Positions 24,290-36,500 of a DNA stretch of 64,000 nucleotides are shown here, one piece after another; positions within the stretch are counted from its first letter, which is position 1; each line of letters opens with the position of its first letter. A program made the translations under genes and the position numbers. Under the pieces are notes generated by a model. It searched no databases and was not told the origin of the DNA. It saw nothing but the letters and a program-made list of their open reading frames with translations. Location: contig NC_090378.1 of assembly GCF_036365525.1 (NCBI RefSeq), forward strand, positions 119,149,593 through 119,213,592, given 5' to 3'. Source of the stretch: Heterodontus francisci (Eukaryota).

Positions 24290-24935
24290 TGGGAAGATCA
24301 AAGCCATTGTCTTCAGTTCCTGGTACAAACTCCATCCCTCTCCCTGAACACTGTCTGCTGCCGAACCAGACTCTTTACAACCTTAGTCTCATCTTTGACC
24401 CTGATCTGACCCCAAATCCTCCACATCTCAATGATTATCCACTTCCCCCTCTGTAACATTGCCCATCTCTGCCCCTCCCTCACTCCTTCCACTACTGAAA
24501 CTCTTCTTCATGTCTTTGTCACCTCTAACTTTACTATTCCAGTGTTCTCCTGACCAGACTGCCATCCTCCACTCTCTGTATTCTTCAGCTCATCCGAAGC
24601 TCTGCTCTCTCTATCCTGTTCCAAACCAAGTCCTGTTCACCATCACCCCCGTCCATGCTGACCTACATTGGGCTTCCATCCCCAAACACCCTCAAATTTC
24701 AATGTAAAATTCTACTCTCTGGATTTAAATCCCTCCGTAGTCTTAACCCACCCCCCATATCTAGAACCTCCTTTAACCTTGGTCTCCTTGAAACACTTCA
24801 CCCTCCTTAAAACCCACATCTTTAACCAAGCATTTGGTCACCCCTCCTAATCTCTCTGTATTACTTGTGTCTGTTTTCCTGATGTCATGTGAGGTGGCGT
24901 GCGATGTTTCTCTACATTAAAGAGGTGACTTGTTG
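24290..24935 (+). mobile_element. Degenerate L2-clade LINE ORF2 3' part and 3' end
   Basis: Frameshifted remnants of the L2 ORF2 C-terminus (ITPVHADLHW; ETLxHxFVTS-like), followed by CTTTAACCAAGCATTTGGTCACC and ...ATGTTTCTCTACATTAAAG. Confidence 0.78.
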
Positions 24936-25240
24936 CTGATATATATCGATGATTTGGTCTTGGACAGAGGGAGCACGATCATTGGAATGTGCTGATTACA
25001 CAGAAGGAGAGGTTTGACAAACAGGGAGGAGAAGAGACAAAGACTCGGGGAGAGGGATCAGGGAAGGGACAGATCGGAGACTGACACAATTCAATGGCGA
25101 GGGGTTTGAGATGATGGGTTTTGGAAGGAAAAGGAGTGAAAAGCTGATGAAGGATGTGTAGAAGCAGAGAGATCTCGGGTTCAATTACATCATTCCTTGA
25201 AAGTGGAAATGCAGATCGATAAACCCTTGAATTAAAACAA
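24936..25240 (+). mobile_element. Highly decayed CR1-like RT fragment
   Basis: ATATATATCGATGATTTGG ... TGTGCTGATTACACA resembles the IYINDLD..FADDTK region; GAGATCTCGGGTTC resembles the RDLGV motif. Confidence 0.45.
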
Positions 25241-25424
25241 TCAACAGCGTTTGGAAACTAAAAACTACAGATAGTAGAAATCTGAAATCAAAACCGAGAA
25301 TTCACTAAACATTCAGCAGCCTCTCGGGGATTAAACTTCAGGTTTTTATTCAAATTGTATTCAATAAACATGTGAATCTGAGGAGAATACAGGACTATGG
25401 GGATAGAGCAGGGTAGTGGGATTG

Positions 25425-26215
25425 GGAATATAGGAACAGGAGGAGGCTGTTCAGCCCATCGAGCCTGTTCTATCCTCCAGTTAGATCATCTGATCTGTAT
25501 CTGATCTCCATCTCCCTGCCTTGGTCCCATACCCCACAATACCCCGACCCAACAAAATCTATCAAGCTCATTGTTAAATGTTTAAATTGATCTTCAGCCT
25601 CAACAGCTTTATGAGGGAGAGAGTTCCCGATTTCCACTCGCCTTTATGTGAAGAAATGCCTCCTGACATCACCCCGAGCTCTAATATTAAGATTATGTCC
25701 CCTTGTTCTCGACTCCCCCACCAGAGGAAACAGTTTCTCGCCATCTCTCCGAATCATCTTAATCCTTTATTCATCTTAAATACCTCAATGAGATCACCCC
25801 TGAATTCACATTCCCCCATCACTGTGATCACTGACCTACATTGGCTCCTGTTCCAGCAACACCTCGATGTTGCCTCATCTTGCCTCACATTATCCCTACT
25901 CTCTGTCTCCTACCTCCTAACCAATTCCTTACCCATGTCAAAAGGTTTCCTCACATTCCATATGCTTCTATTTTGCGAACAGTCTCTTGTGTGGAACCTT
26001 CTCAAATGCCTTCTGGAAATCCATATAAATAACATCCATAGACATTCCCTTATCTACCACATTAGTGACCTCTTCAAAAAATACAACTCGATTAGTTAAA
26101 CATGTTTCACCCTTTTTAAATCCGTGCTGACTCTCTCTGATCAGTTTCTATTTGTCAGTCATTCTGTCCCTAATACCAGATTCAAATAACTTCCCCACAA
26201 CAGATATTAAACTGA
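25425..26215 (-). mobile_element. Decayed CR1-like LINE fragments (antisense), with a short L2 piece near 25810-25870
   Basis: Antisense CR1 3' end (AGGAACAGGAGGAGGCTGTTCAGCCCATCGAGCCTG). Antisense RT segment near 25990-26070 reads MDVIYMDFQKAFEKVPHKRL. Confidence 0.75.
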
Positions 26216-26456
26216 GATGTTAGTCGTGAATTACTCGAGCAAACAGCTGGCAGAGAGACGAGAGTCTGAACGGCCTCCTCCTGTGCTGTAGAATTATACG
26301 GCTCTTTGGCTGAAACATGTGGATTGGAACAGGAGGTGTGCTGGAGTTTAAACAATGAGTTAAATGTGGACGTAGTGTCATTCGTGGGTAATGCACAGTC
26401 TGCATTGTGTCCATTGACCGTCTCTAAAAGATGTCTTTCTCTTTTTCCCTTTTCAG

Positions 26457-26547
26457 ATCCAGGGCTGTAATTAAGGAGCTGAAAGAATATTTAGTGAAGA
26501 AGTTTCCGGACGGTGCGGTGTGTGTGAAGGTGTTCGGCAGTGACTGA
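26457..26547 (+). CDS. Possible orphan terminal coding exon of an unidentified gene
   Basis: Strong acceptor TCTTTCTCTTTTTCCCTTTTCAG. Phase-2 reading gives SRAVIKELKEYLVKKFPDGAVCVKVFGSD, then three TGA stops; ATTAAA at 26790-26795. No upstream exon identified. Confidence 0.3.
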
Positions 26548-26929
26548 TGATGACAGCTCCTTGTTCAGTCTGCTCCGCCCTCACCACTGATCAAGCAATG
26601 TAACCTCCTGTCACACTGAGTGAAATTACAATCGATATCATAGTGTCAGTCACAGAAAACAACAGCATCACAGTCTGAGTCACTGGGACAGACATCACTG
26701 CCTCAAATCAAAGAACAGATCCCTAATCCCCTCTCACCATGTTCATAAACCATACAGCAGTGAAAATATACTGACAAACACCACCTTATATTAAACACTC
26801 ACATCCATAGAACACCTTCAGAGGTAGAAGATGGGATAGAGATTGAGAGAGAGAAAAAGAGAGAGTGAGATGGAGAGAGAGAGAGAGGGAGTGAGAGGGA
26901 GTGAGATGGAGACAGAGACTCTGTGTCAG

Positions 26930-27375
26930 CTCTTGTACATGGAAGAGTGAAGAAGTCTTATTGCAGTTGGATCGGACCTTGCTGAGACCACACCTGGAGA
27001 ACTGTGGCCAGTTTTGGTCTCTTGACCAAAGGAAGGATATTCTGGCCTTGGAAGGAGAGCAGCAAAGATTCACCAGATTGATTCCTGGGATGCGGGGATT
27101 GTCCTATGAGGAGAGATTGAGTAGACTGGGATATTATTCCCTGAAATGTAGAAGAATGAGAGGTGATCTGATTGAAAGATATACAATTTTTAATGTGATT
27201 GACAGGGTAGATACTGGGAGGATGTTTTCCCCTGGCTGGGGAATCTAGAACTAGGGGTCACAGTCTCAGAATAAGGGGTCGGCCATTTCGGACTGAGATC
27301 AGGATAAAGTTCTTCAACTCAAGGGGTTGTGAATCTTTGGAATTCTGTTTCCCAGAGAGCAGTGGATGCTCAGTC
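26930..27375 (+). mobile_element. CR1-clade LINE ORF2 C-terminal fragment
   Basis: ORF 26901..27248 contains EVLLQLDRTLLRPHLENCGQFWS...KDILALEGEQQRFTRLIPGMRGLSYEERLSRLG...RRMRGDLIE, a typical CR1 ORF2 tail. It continues after a frameshift into the RTRGHSL region. Confidence 0.92.
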
Positions 27376-27511
27376 ATTGAAGACAGGAGTCTATAGATCC
27401 GGAGTGCGCCTGTTCCTGCCCAATTTCTAATACAATGGTGGAATTACACTCGAACCCTTGCTGCATGTAAAGTATCAGCCATGGCTCAGTGTTTGCAGTA
27501 ACGTTTATACT

Positions 27512-30500
27512 CATCAGTCTCCAGACAGAGCGCAATTCATCCAGTGCAGTCTCCAGCCGGGGCTCCATTCATCCAGTGCAGTCTCCAGCTAGGGCTCCAT
27601 TCATCCAGTGCAGTCTCCAGCCAGGGCTCCATTCATCCAGTGCAGTCCCCAGTCAGGGCTCCGTTCATCCAGTGCCGTCTCCAGCCAGGGCTCCATTCAT
27701 CCAGCGCAGTCTCCAGTCAGGGTTCCATTCATCCAGTGCAGTCTCCAGTCAGGGCTCCGTTCATCCAGTGCCGTCTCCAGCCAGGGCTCCATTCATCCAG
27801 TGCAGTCTCCAGTCAGGGCTCCGTTCATCCAGTGCCGTCTCCAGCCAGGGCTCCATTCATCCAGTGCCGTCTCCAGCCAAGGCTCCATTCATCCAGGGCA
27901 GTCTCTAGCCAGGGCTCCATTCATCCAGTGCAGTCTCCAGCCAGGGCTCCATTCATCCAGTGCAGTCTATGGTCAGGGCTCCATTCATCCAGTGCAGTCT
28001 CCAGCCAGGGCTCCATTCATCCAGTGCAGTCTCCAGCCAGAGCTCCATTCATCCAGTGCAGTCTCCAGCCAGGGCTCCATTCATCCAGTGCCGTCTCTAG
28101 CCAAGGCTCCATTCATCCAGTGCAGTCTCCAGCCATGGCTCCATTCATCCAATGCAGTCTCTAGCCAGGGCTCCATTCATCCAGTGCAGTCTCCAGCCAC
28201 GGCTCCATTCATCCAGTTCAGTCTTCAGCCAGGGCTCCATTCATCCAGTGCCGTCTCCAGTCAGGGCTCCATTCATCCAGTTCAGTCTTCAGCCAGGGCT
28301 CCATTCATCCAGTGCAGTCTCCATCCAGGGCTCCATTCATCCAGTGCAGTCTCCGGTCAAGGCTCCATTCATCCAGTGCAGTCTCCAGTCAGGGCTCCGT
28401 TCATCCAGTGCAGTCTCCAGTCAGGGCACCATTCATCCAGTGCAGTCTCTAGCCAGGGCTCCATTCATCCAGTGCAGTCTCCAGCCAGGGCTCCATTCAT
28501 CCAGTGCCGTCTCCAGCCAAGGCTCCATTCATCCAGTGCAGTCTCTCGCCAGGGCTCCATTCATCCAGTGCAGTCTCCAGCCAGGGCTCCATTCATCCAG
28601 TGCAGTCTCCAGTCAATGCTCCATTCATCCAGTGCAGTCCTTAGCCAGGGCTCCATTCATCCAGTGCAGTCTCCAGCCAGGGCTCCATTCATCCAGTGCA
28701 GTCTCCAGCCAAGGCTCCATTCATCCAGTGCAGTTTCCAGCCATGGCTCCAATTATCCAATGCAGTCTCTAACCAGGGCTCCATTCATATAGTGCAGTCT
28801 CCAGCCAGGGCTCCATTCATCCAGTGCAGTCGCCGGTCAAGGCTCCATTCATCCAGTGCAGTCTCCAGTCAGGGCTCCGTTCATCCAGTGCAGTCTCCAG
28901 TCAGGGCTCCATTCATCCAGTTCAGTCTTCAGTCAGGGCTCGATTCATCCAGTGCCGTCTCCAGTCAGGGCTCCATTCATCCAGTGCAGTCTCCAGCCAG
29001 GGCTCCATTCATCCAGTGCAGTCTCCGGTCAAGGCTCCATTCATCCAGTGCAGTCTCCAGCCAGGGCTCCATTCATCCAGTGCCGTCTCCAGTCAGCGCT
29101 CCGTTCATCCAGTGCCGTCTCCAGTCAGGGCTCCATTCATCCAGTTCAGTCTCCAGTCAGGGCTCCGTTCATCCAGTGCCGTCTCCAGTCAGGGCTCCAT
29201 TCATCCAGTTCAGTCTCCAGCCAGGGCTCCATTCATCCAGTGCAGTCTCCAGCCAGGGCTCCATTCATCCAGTGCAGTCTCCAGCCAGGGCTCCATTCAT
29301 CCAGTGCCATCTCCAGCCAAGGCTCCATTCATCCAGTGCAGTCTCTAGCCAGGGCTCCATTCATCCAGTGCAGTCTCCAGCCAGGGCTCCATTCATCCAG
29401 TGCAGTCTCCACTCAGGGCTCCATTCATCCAGTGCAGTCTCCAGTCAGGGCTCCATTCAGCCAGTGCAGTCTCCAGCCAGAGCTCCATTCATCCAGTGCA
29501 GTCTCCAGCCAGGGCTCCATTCATCCAGTGCCGTCTCCAGCCAAGGCTCCATTCATCCAGTGCAGTCTCTAGCCAGGGCTCCATTCATCCAGTGCAGTCT
29601 CAAGCCAGGGCTCCATTCATCCAGTGCCGTCTCCAGTCAGGGCTCCATTCATCCAGTGCAGTCTCCAGTCAGGGCTCCATTCATCCAGTGCAGTCTCCAG
29701 CCAGAGCTCCATTCATCCAGTGCAGTCTCCAGCCAAGGCTCCATTCATCCATTGCAGTCTCCAGCCATGGCTCCATTCATCCAATGCAGTCTCTATCCAG
29801 GGCTCTATTCATCCAGTGCAGTCTCCAGCCAGGGCTCCATTCATCCAGTTCAGTCTTCAGCCAGGGCTCGATTCATCTAGTGCCGTCTCCAGTCAGGGCT
29901 CCATTCATCCAGTTTATTTTTCAGCCAGGGTTCGATTCATCCAGTGCCGTCTCCAGTCAGGGCTCCATTCATCCAGTGCAGTCTCTAGCCAGGGCTCCAG
30001 TCATCCAGTGCAGTCTCCAGCCAGGGCTCCATTCATCCAGTGCAGTCTCTAGCCAGGGCTCCATTCATCCAGTGCAGTCTCCAGCCTGGGCTCCATTCAT
30101 CCAGTGCAGTCTCTAGCCAGGGCTCCATTCATCCAGTGCAGTCTCTAGCCAGGGCTCCATTCATCCAGTGCAGTCTCTAGCCAGGGCTCCATTCATCCAG
30201 TGCAGTCTCCAGCCAATGCTCCATTCATCCTTTGCAGTCTCCAGTCAGGGCTCCATTCATCCAGTGCAGTCTCCAGCCAGGGCTCCATTCATCCAGTGCA
30301 GTCTCCAGCCAAGGCTCCATTCATCCAGTGCAGTTTCCAGCCATGGCTCCAATTATCCAATGCAGTCTCTAACTAGGGCTCCATTCATCCAGTGCAGTCT
30401 ATGGTCAGGGCTCCATTCATCCAGTGCAGTCTCCTGCCAGGGCTCCATTCATCCAGTGCAGTCTCCAGCCAGAGCTCCATTCATCCAGTGCAGTCTCCAG

Positions 30501-33500
30501 CCAGGGCTCCATTCATCCAGTGCCGTCTCTAGCCAAGGCTCCATTCATCCAGTGCAGTCTCCAGCCATGGCTCCATTCATCCAGTGCAGTCTCCAGTCAG
30601 GGCACCATTCATCCAGTTCAGTCTTCAGCCAGGGTTCAATTCATCCAGTGCATTCTCCAGTCAGGGCTCCATTCATCCAGTGCAGTCTCCAGCCAGGGCT
30701 CCATTCATCCAGTGCAGTCTCCAGCCAGGGTTCCATTCATCCAGTGCAGTCTCCAGCCAGGGCTCCATTCATCCAGTGCCGTCTCCAGCCAAGGCTCCAT
30801 TCATCCAGTGCAGTCTCTAGCCAGGGCTCCATTCATCCAGTGCAGTCTCCAGCCAGGGCTCCATTCATCCAGTGCAGTCTCCAGTCAGGGCTCCATTCAT
30901 CCAGTGCAGTCTCCAGTCAGGGCTCCATTCATCCAGTGCAGTCTCCAGCCAGAGCTCCATTCATCCAGTGCAGTCTCCAGCCAAGGCTCCATTCATCCAT
31001 TGCAGTCTCCAGCCATGGCTCCATTCATCCAATGCAGTCTCTATCCAGGGCTCTATTCATCCAGTGCAGTCTCCAGCCAGGGCTCCATTCATCCAGTTCA
31101 GTCTTCAGCCAGGGCTCGATTCATCTAGTGCCGTCTCCAGTCAGGGCTCCATTCATCCAGTTTATTTTTCAGCCAGGGTTCGATTCATCCAGTGCAGTCT
31201 CCAGTCAGGGCTCCATTCATCCAGTGCAGTCTCTAGCCAGGGCTCCATTCATCCATTGCAGTCTCCAGCCAGGGCTCCATTCATCCTTTGCAGTCATTAG
31301 CCATGGCTCCATTCATCCAGTGCAGTCTCCAGCCTGGGCTCCATTCATCCAGTGCAGTCTCTAGCCAGGGCTCCATTCATCCAGTGCAGTCTCTAGCCAG
31401 GGCTCCATTCATCCAGTGCAGTCTCCAGCCAGGGCTCCATTCATCCAGTGCAGTCTCCAGCCAAGGCTCCATTCATCCTTTGCAGTCTCCAGTCAGGGCC
31501 CCATTCATCCAGTGCAGTCTCCAGCCAGGGCTCCATTCATCCAGTGCAGTCTCCAGCCATGGCTCCAATTATCCAATACAATCTCTAACCAGGGCTCCAT
31601 TCATCCAGTGCAGTCTATGGTCAGGGCTCCATTCATCCAGTGCAGTCTCCTGCCAGGGCTCCATTCATCCAGTGCAGTCTCCAGCCAGAGCTCCATTCAT
31701 CCAGTGCAGTCTCCAGCCAGGGCTCCATTCATCCAGTGCCGTCTCTAGCCAAGGCTCCATTCATCCAGTGCAGTCTCCAGCCATGGCTCCATTCATCCAA
31801 TGCAGTCTCTAGCCAGGGCTCCATTCATCCAGTGCAGTCTCCAGCCAGGGCTCCATTCATCCAGTTCAGTCTTCAGCCAGGGCTCCATTCATCCAGTGCC
31901 GTCTGCAGTCAGGGCTCCATTCATTCGGTTCAGTCTTCAGCCAGGGCTCCATTCATCCAGTGCAGTCTCCATCCAGGGCTCCATTCATCCAGTGCAGTCT
32001 CCGGTCAAGGCTCCATTCATCCAGTGCAGTCTCCAGTCAGGGCTCCATTCATCCAGTGCAGTCTCCAGTCAGGGCACCATTCATCCAGTTCAGTCTTCTG
32101 CCAGGGCTCGATTCATCCAGTGCCGTCTCCAGTCAGGGCTCCATTCATCCAGTTCAGTCTTCAGCCAGGGCTCCATTCATCCAGTGCAGTCTCCAGCCAG
32201 GGCTCCATTCATCCAGTGCAGTCTCCGGTCAAGGCTCCATTCATCCAGTGCAGTCTCCAGTCAGGGCTCCATTCATCCAGTTCAGTCTCTAGCCAGGGCT
32301 TGATTCATCCAGTGCCGTCTCCAGTCAGGGCTCCATTCATCCAGTGCAGTCTCTAGCCAGGGCTCCATTCATCCAGTGCCGTCTCCAGCCAGGGCTCCAT
32401 TCATCCAGTGCAGTCTCTAGCCAGGGCTCCATTCATCCAGTGCCGTCTCCAGCCAGGGCTCCATTCATCCAGTGCAGTCTGCAGCCAGGGCTCCATTCAT
32501 CCAGTGCAGTCTCCAGTCAGGGCTCCGTTCATCCAGTTCAGTCTTCAGCCAGGGTTCAATTCATCCAGTGCATTCTCCAGTCAGGGCTCCATTCATCCAG
32601 TGCAGTCTCGAGCCAGGGCTCCATTCATCCAGTGCAGTCTCTAGCCAGGGCTCCATTCATCCAGTGCAGTCTCCAGCCAGGGCTCCATTCATCCAGTGCC
32701 GTCTCCAGCCAAGGCTCCATTCATCCAGTGCAGTCTCTCGCCAGGGCTCCATTCATCCAGTGCAGTCTCCAGCCAGGGCTCCATTCATCCAGTGCAGTCT
32801 CCAGTCAGGGCTCCATTCATCCAGTGCAGTCCTTAGCCAGGGCTCCATTCATCCAGTGCAGTCTCCAGCCAGAGCTCCATTCATCCAGTGCAGTCTCCAG
32901 CCAAGGCTCCATTCATCCAGTGCAGTTTCCAGCCATGGCTCCAATTATCCAATGTAGTCTCTAACCACGGCTCCATTCATATAGTGCAGTCTCCAGCCAG
33001 GGCTCCATTCATCCAGGGCAGTCGCCGGTCAAGGCTCCATTCATCCAGTGCAGTTTCCAGTCAGGGCTCCGTTCATCCAGTGCAGTCTCCAGTCAGGGCT
33101 CCATTCATCCAGTTCAGTCTTCAGTCAGGGCTCGATTCATCCAGTGCCGTCTCCAGTCAGGGCTCCATTCATCCAGTGCAGTCTCCAGCCAGGGCTCCAT
33201 TCATCCAGTGCAGTCTCCGGTCAAGGCTCCATTCATCCAGTGCAGTCTCCAGCCAGGGCTCCATTCATCCAGTGCCGTCTCCAGTCAGGGCTCCGTTCAT
33301 CCAGTGCCGTCTCCAGTCAGGGCTCCATTCATCCAGTTCAGTCTCCAGCCAGGGCTCCATTCATCCAGTGCAGTCTCCAGCCAGGGCTCCATTCATCCAG
33401 TGCAGTCTCCAGCCAGGGCTCCATTCATCCAGTGCCGTCTCCAGCCAAGGCTCCATTCATCCAGTGCAGTCTCTAGCCAGGGCTCCATTCATCCAGTGCA

Positions 33501-36500
33501 GTCTCCAGCCAGGGCTCCATTCATCCAGTGCAGTCTCCAGTCAGGGCTCCATTCATCCAGTGCAGTCTCCAGTCAGGGCTCCATTCATCCAGTGCAGTCT
33601 CCTGCCAGATCTCCATTCATCCAGTGCAGTCTCCGGCCAGGGCTCCATTCATCCAGTGCAGTCTCCAGTCAGGGCTCCATTCATCCAGTGCAGTCTCCAG
33701 TCAGGGCTCCATTCATCCAGTGCAGTCTCCAGCCAGAGCTCCATTCATCCAGTGCAGTCTCCAGCCAAGGCTCCATTCATCCATTGCAGTCTCCAGCCAT
33801 GGCTCCATTCATCCAATGCAGTCTCTATCCAGGGCTCTATTCATCCAGTGCAGTCTCCAGCCAGGGCTCCATTCATCCAGTTCAGTCTTCAGCCAGGGCT
33901 CGATTCATCTAGTGCCGTCTCCAGTCAGGGCTCCATTCATCCAGTTTATTTTTCAGCCAGGGCTCCATTCATCCAGTGCAGTCTCTAGCCAGGGCTCCAT
34001 TCATCCAGTGCAGTCTCTGGTCAAGGCTGCATTCATCCAGTGCAGTCTCCAGTCAGGGCTCCGTTCATCCAGTGCCTTCTCCAGTCAGGGCTCCATTCAT
34101 CCAGTTCAGTCTTCAGCCAGCATTCGATTCATCCAGTGCCGTCTCCAGTCAGGGCTCCATTCATCCAGTGCAGTCTCTAGCCAGGGCTCCATTCATCCAG
34201 TGCAGTCTCCAGCCAGGGCTCCATTCATCCAGTGCAGTCTCTAGCAAGGGCTCCATTCATCCAGTGCAGTCTCCAGCCTGGGCTCCATTCATCCAGTGCA
34301 GTCTCTAGCCAGGGCTCCATTCATCCAGTGCAGTCTCTAGCCAGGGCTCCATTCATCCAATGCAGTCTCTAGCCAGGGCTCCATTCATCCAGTGCAGTCT
34401 CCAGCCACGGCTCCATTCATCCAGTTCAGTCTTCAGCCAGGGCTCCATTCATCCAGTGCCGTCTCCAGTCAGGGCTCCATTCATCCAGTTCAGTCTTCAG
34501 CCAGGGCTCCATTCATCCAGTGCAGTCTCCATCCAGGGCTCCATTCATCCAGTGCAGTCTCCGGTCAAGGCTCCATTCATCCAGTGCAGTCTCCAGTCAG
34601 GGCTCCGTTCATCCAGTGCAGTCTCCAGTCAGGGCACCATTCATCCAGTGCAGTCTCTAGCCAGGGCTCCATTCATCCAGTGCAGTCTCCAGCCAGGGCT
34701 CCATTCATCCAGTGCCGTCTCCAGCCAAGGCTCCATTCATCCAGTGCAGTCTCTCGCCAGGGCTCCATTCATCCAGTGCAGTCTCCAGCCAGGGCTCCAT
34801 TCATCCAGTGCAGTCTCCAGTCAATGCTCCATTCATCCAGTGCAGTCCTTAGCCAGGGCTCCATTCATCCAGTGCAGTCTCCAGCCAGGGCTCCATTCAT
34901 CCAGTGCAGTCTCCAGCCAAGGCTCCATTCATCCAGTGCAGTTTCCAGCCATGGCTCCAATTATCCAATGCAGTCTCTAACCAGGGCTCCATTCATATAG
35001 TGCAGTCTCCAGCCAGGGCTCCATTCATCCAGTGCAGTCGCCGGTCAAGGCTCCATTCATCCAGTGCAGTCTCCAGTCAGGGCTCCGTTCATCCAGTGCA
35101 GTCTCCAGTCAGGGCTCCATTCATCCAGTTCAGTCTTCAGTCAGGGCTCGATTCATCCAGTGCCGTCTCCAGTCAGGGCTCCATTCATCCAGTGCAGTCT
35201 CCAGCCAGGGCTCCATTCATCCAGTGCAGTCTACGGTCAAGGCTCCATTCATCCAGTGCAGTCTCCAGCCAGGGCTCCATTCATCCAGTGCCGTCTCCAG
35301 TCAGCGCTCCGTTCATCCAGTGCCGTCTCCAGTCAGGGCTCCATTCATCCAGTTCAGTCTCCAGTCAGGGCTCCGTTCATCCAGTGCCGTCTCCAGTCAG
35401 GGCTCCATTCATCCAGTTCAGTCTCCAGCCAGGGCTCCATTCATCCAGTGCAGTCTCCAGCCAGGGCTCCATTCATCCAGTGCAGTCTCCAGCCAGGGCT
35501 CCATTCATCCAGTGCCATCTCCAGCCAAGGCTCCATTCATCCAGTGCAGTCTCTAGCCAGGGCTCCATTCATCCAGTGCAGTCTCCAGCCAGGGCTCCAT
35601 TCATCCAGTGCAGTCTCCACTCAGGGCTCCATTCATCCAGTGCAGTCTCCAGTCAGGGCTCCATTCATCCAGTGCAGTCTCCAGCCAGAGCTCCATTCAT
35701 CCAGTGCAGTCTCCAGCCAGGGCTCCATTCATCCAGTGCCGTCTCCAGCCAAGGCTCCATTCATCCAGTGCAGTCTCTAGCCAGGGCTCCATTCATCCAG
35801 TGCAGTCTCAAGCCAGGGCTCCATTCATCCAGTGCCGTCTCCAGTCAGGGCTCCATTCATCCAGTGCAGTCTCCAGTCAGGGCTCCATTCATCCAGTGCA
35901 GTCTCCAGCCAGAGCTCCATTCATCCAGTGCAGTCTCCAGCCAAGGCTCCATTCATCCATTGCAGTCTCCAGCCATTGCTCCATTCATCCAATGCAGTCT
36001 CTATCCAGGGCTCTATTCATCCAGTGCAGTCTCCAGCCAGGGCTCCATTCATCCAGTTCAGTCTTCAGCCAGGGCTCGATTCATCTAGTGCCGTCTCCAG
36101 TCAGGGCTCCATTCATCCAGTTTATTTTTCAGCCAGGGTTCGATTCATCCAGTGCCGTCTCCAGTCAGGGCTCCATTCATCCAGTGCAGTCTCTAGCCAG
36201 GGCTCCAGTCATCCAGTGCAGTCTCCAGCCAGGGCTCCATTCATCCAGTGCAGTCTCTAGCCAGGGCTCCATTCATCCAGTGCAGTCTCCAGCCTGGGCT
36301 CCATTCATCCAGTGCAGTCTCTAGCCAGGGCTCCATTCATCCAGTGCAGTCTCTAGCCAGGGCTCCATTCATCCAGTGCAGTCTCTAGCCAGGGCTCCAT
36401 TCATCCAGTGCAGTTTCCAGCCATGGCTCCAATTATCCAATGCAGTCTCTAACCAGGGCTCCATTCATCCAGTGCAGTGTATGGTCAGGGCTCCATTCAT

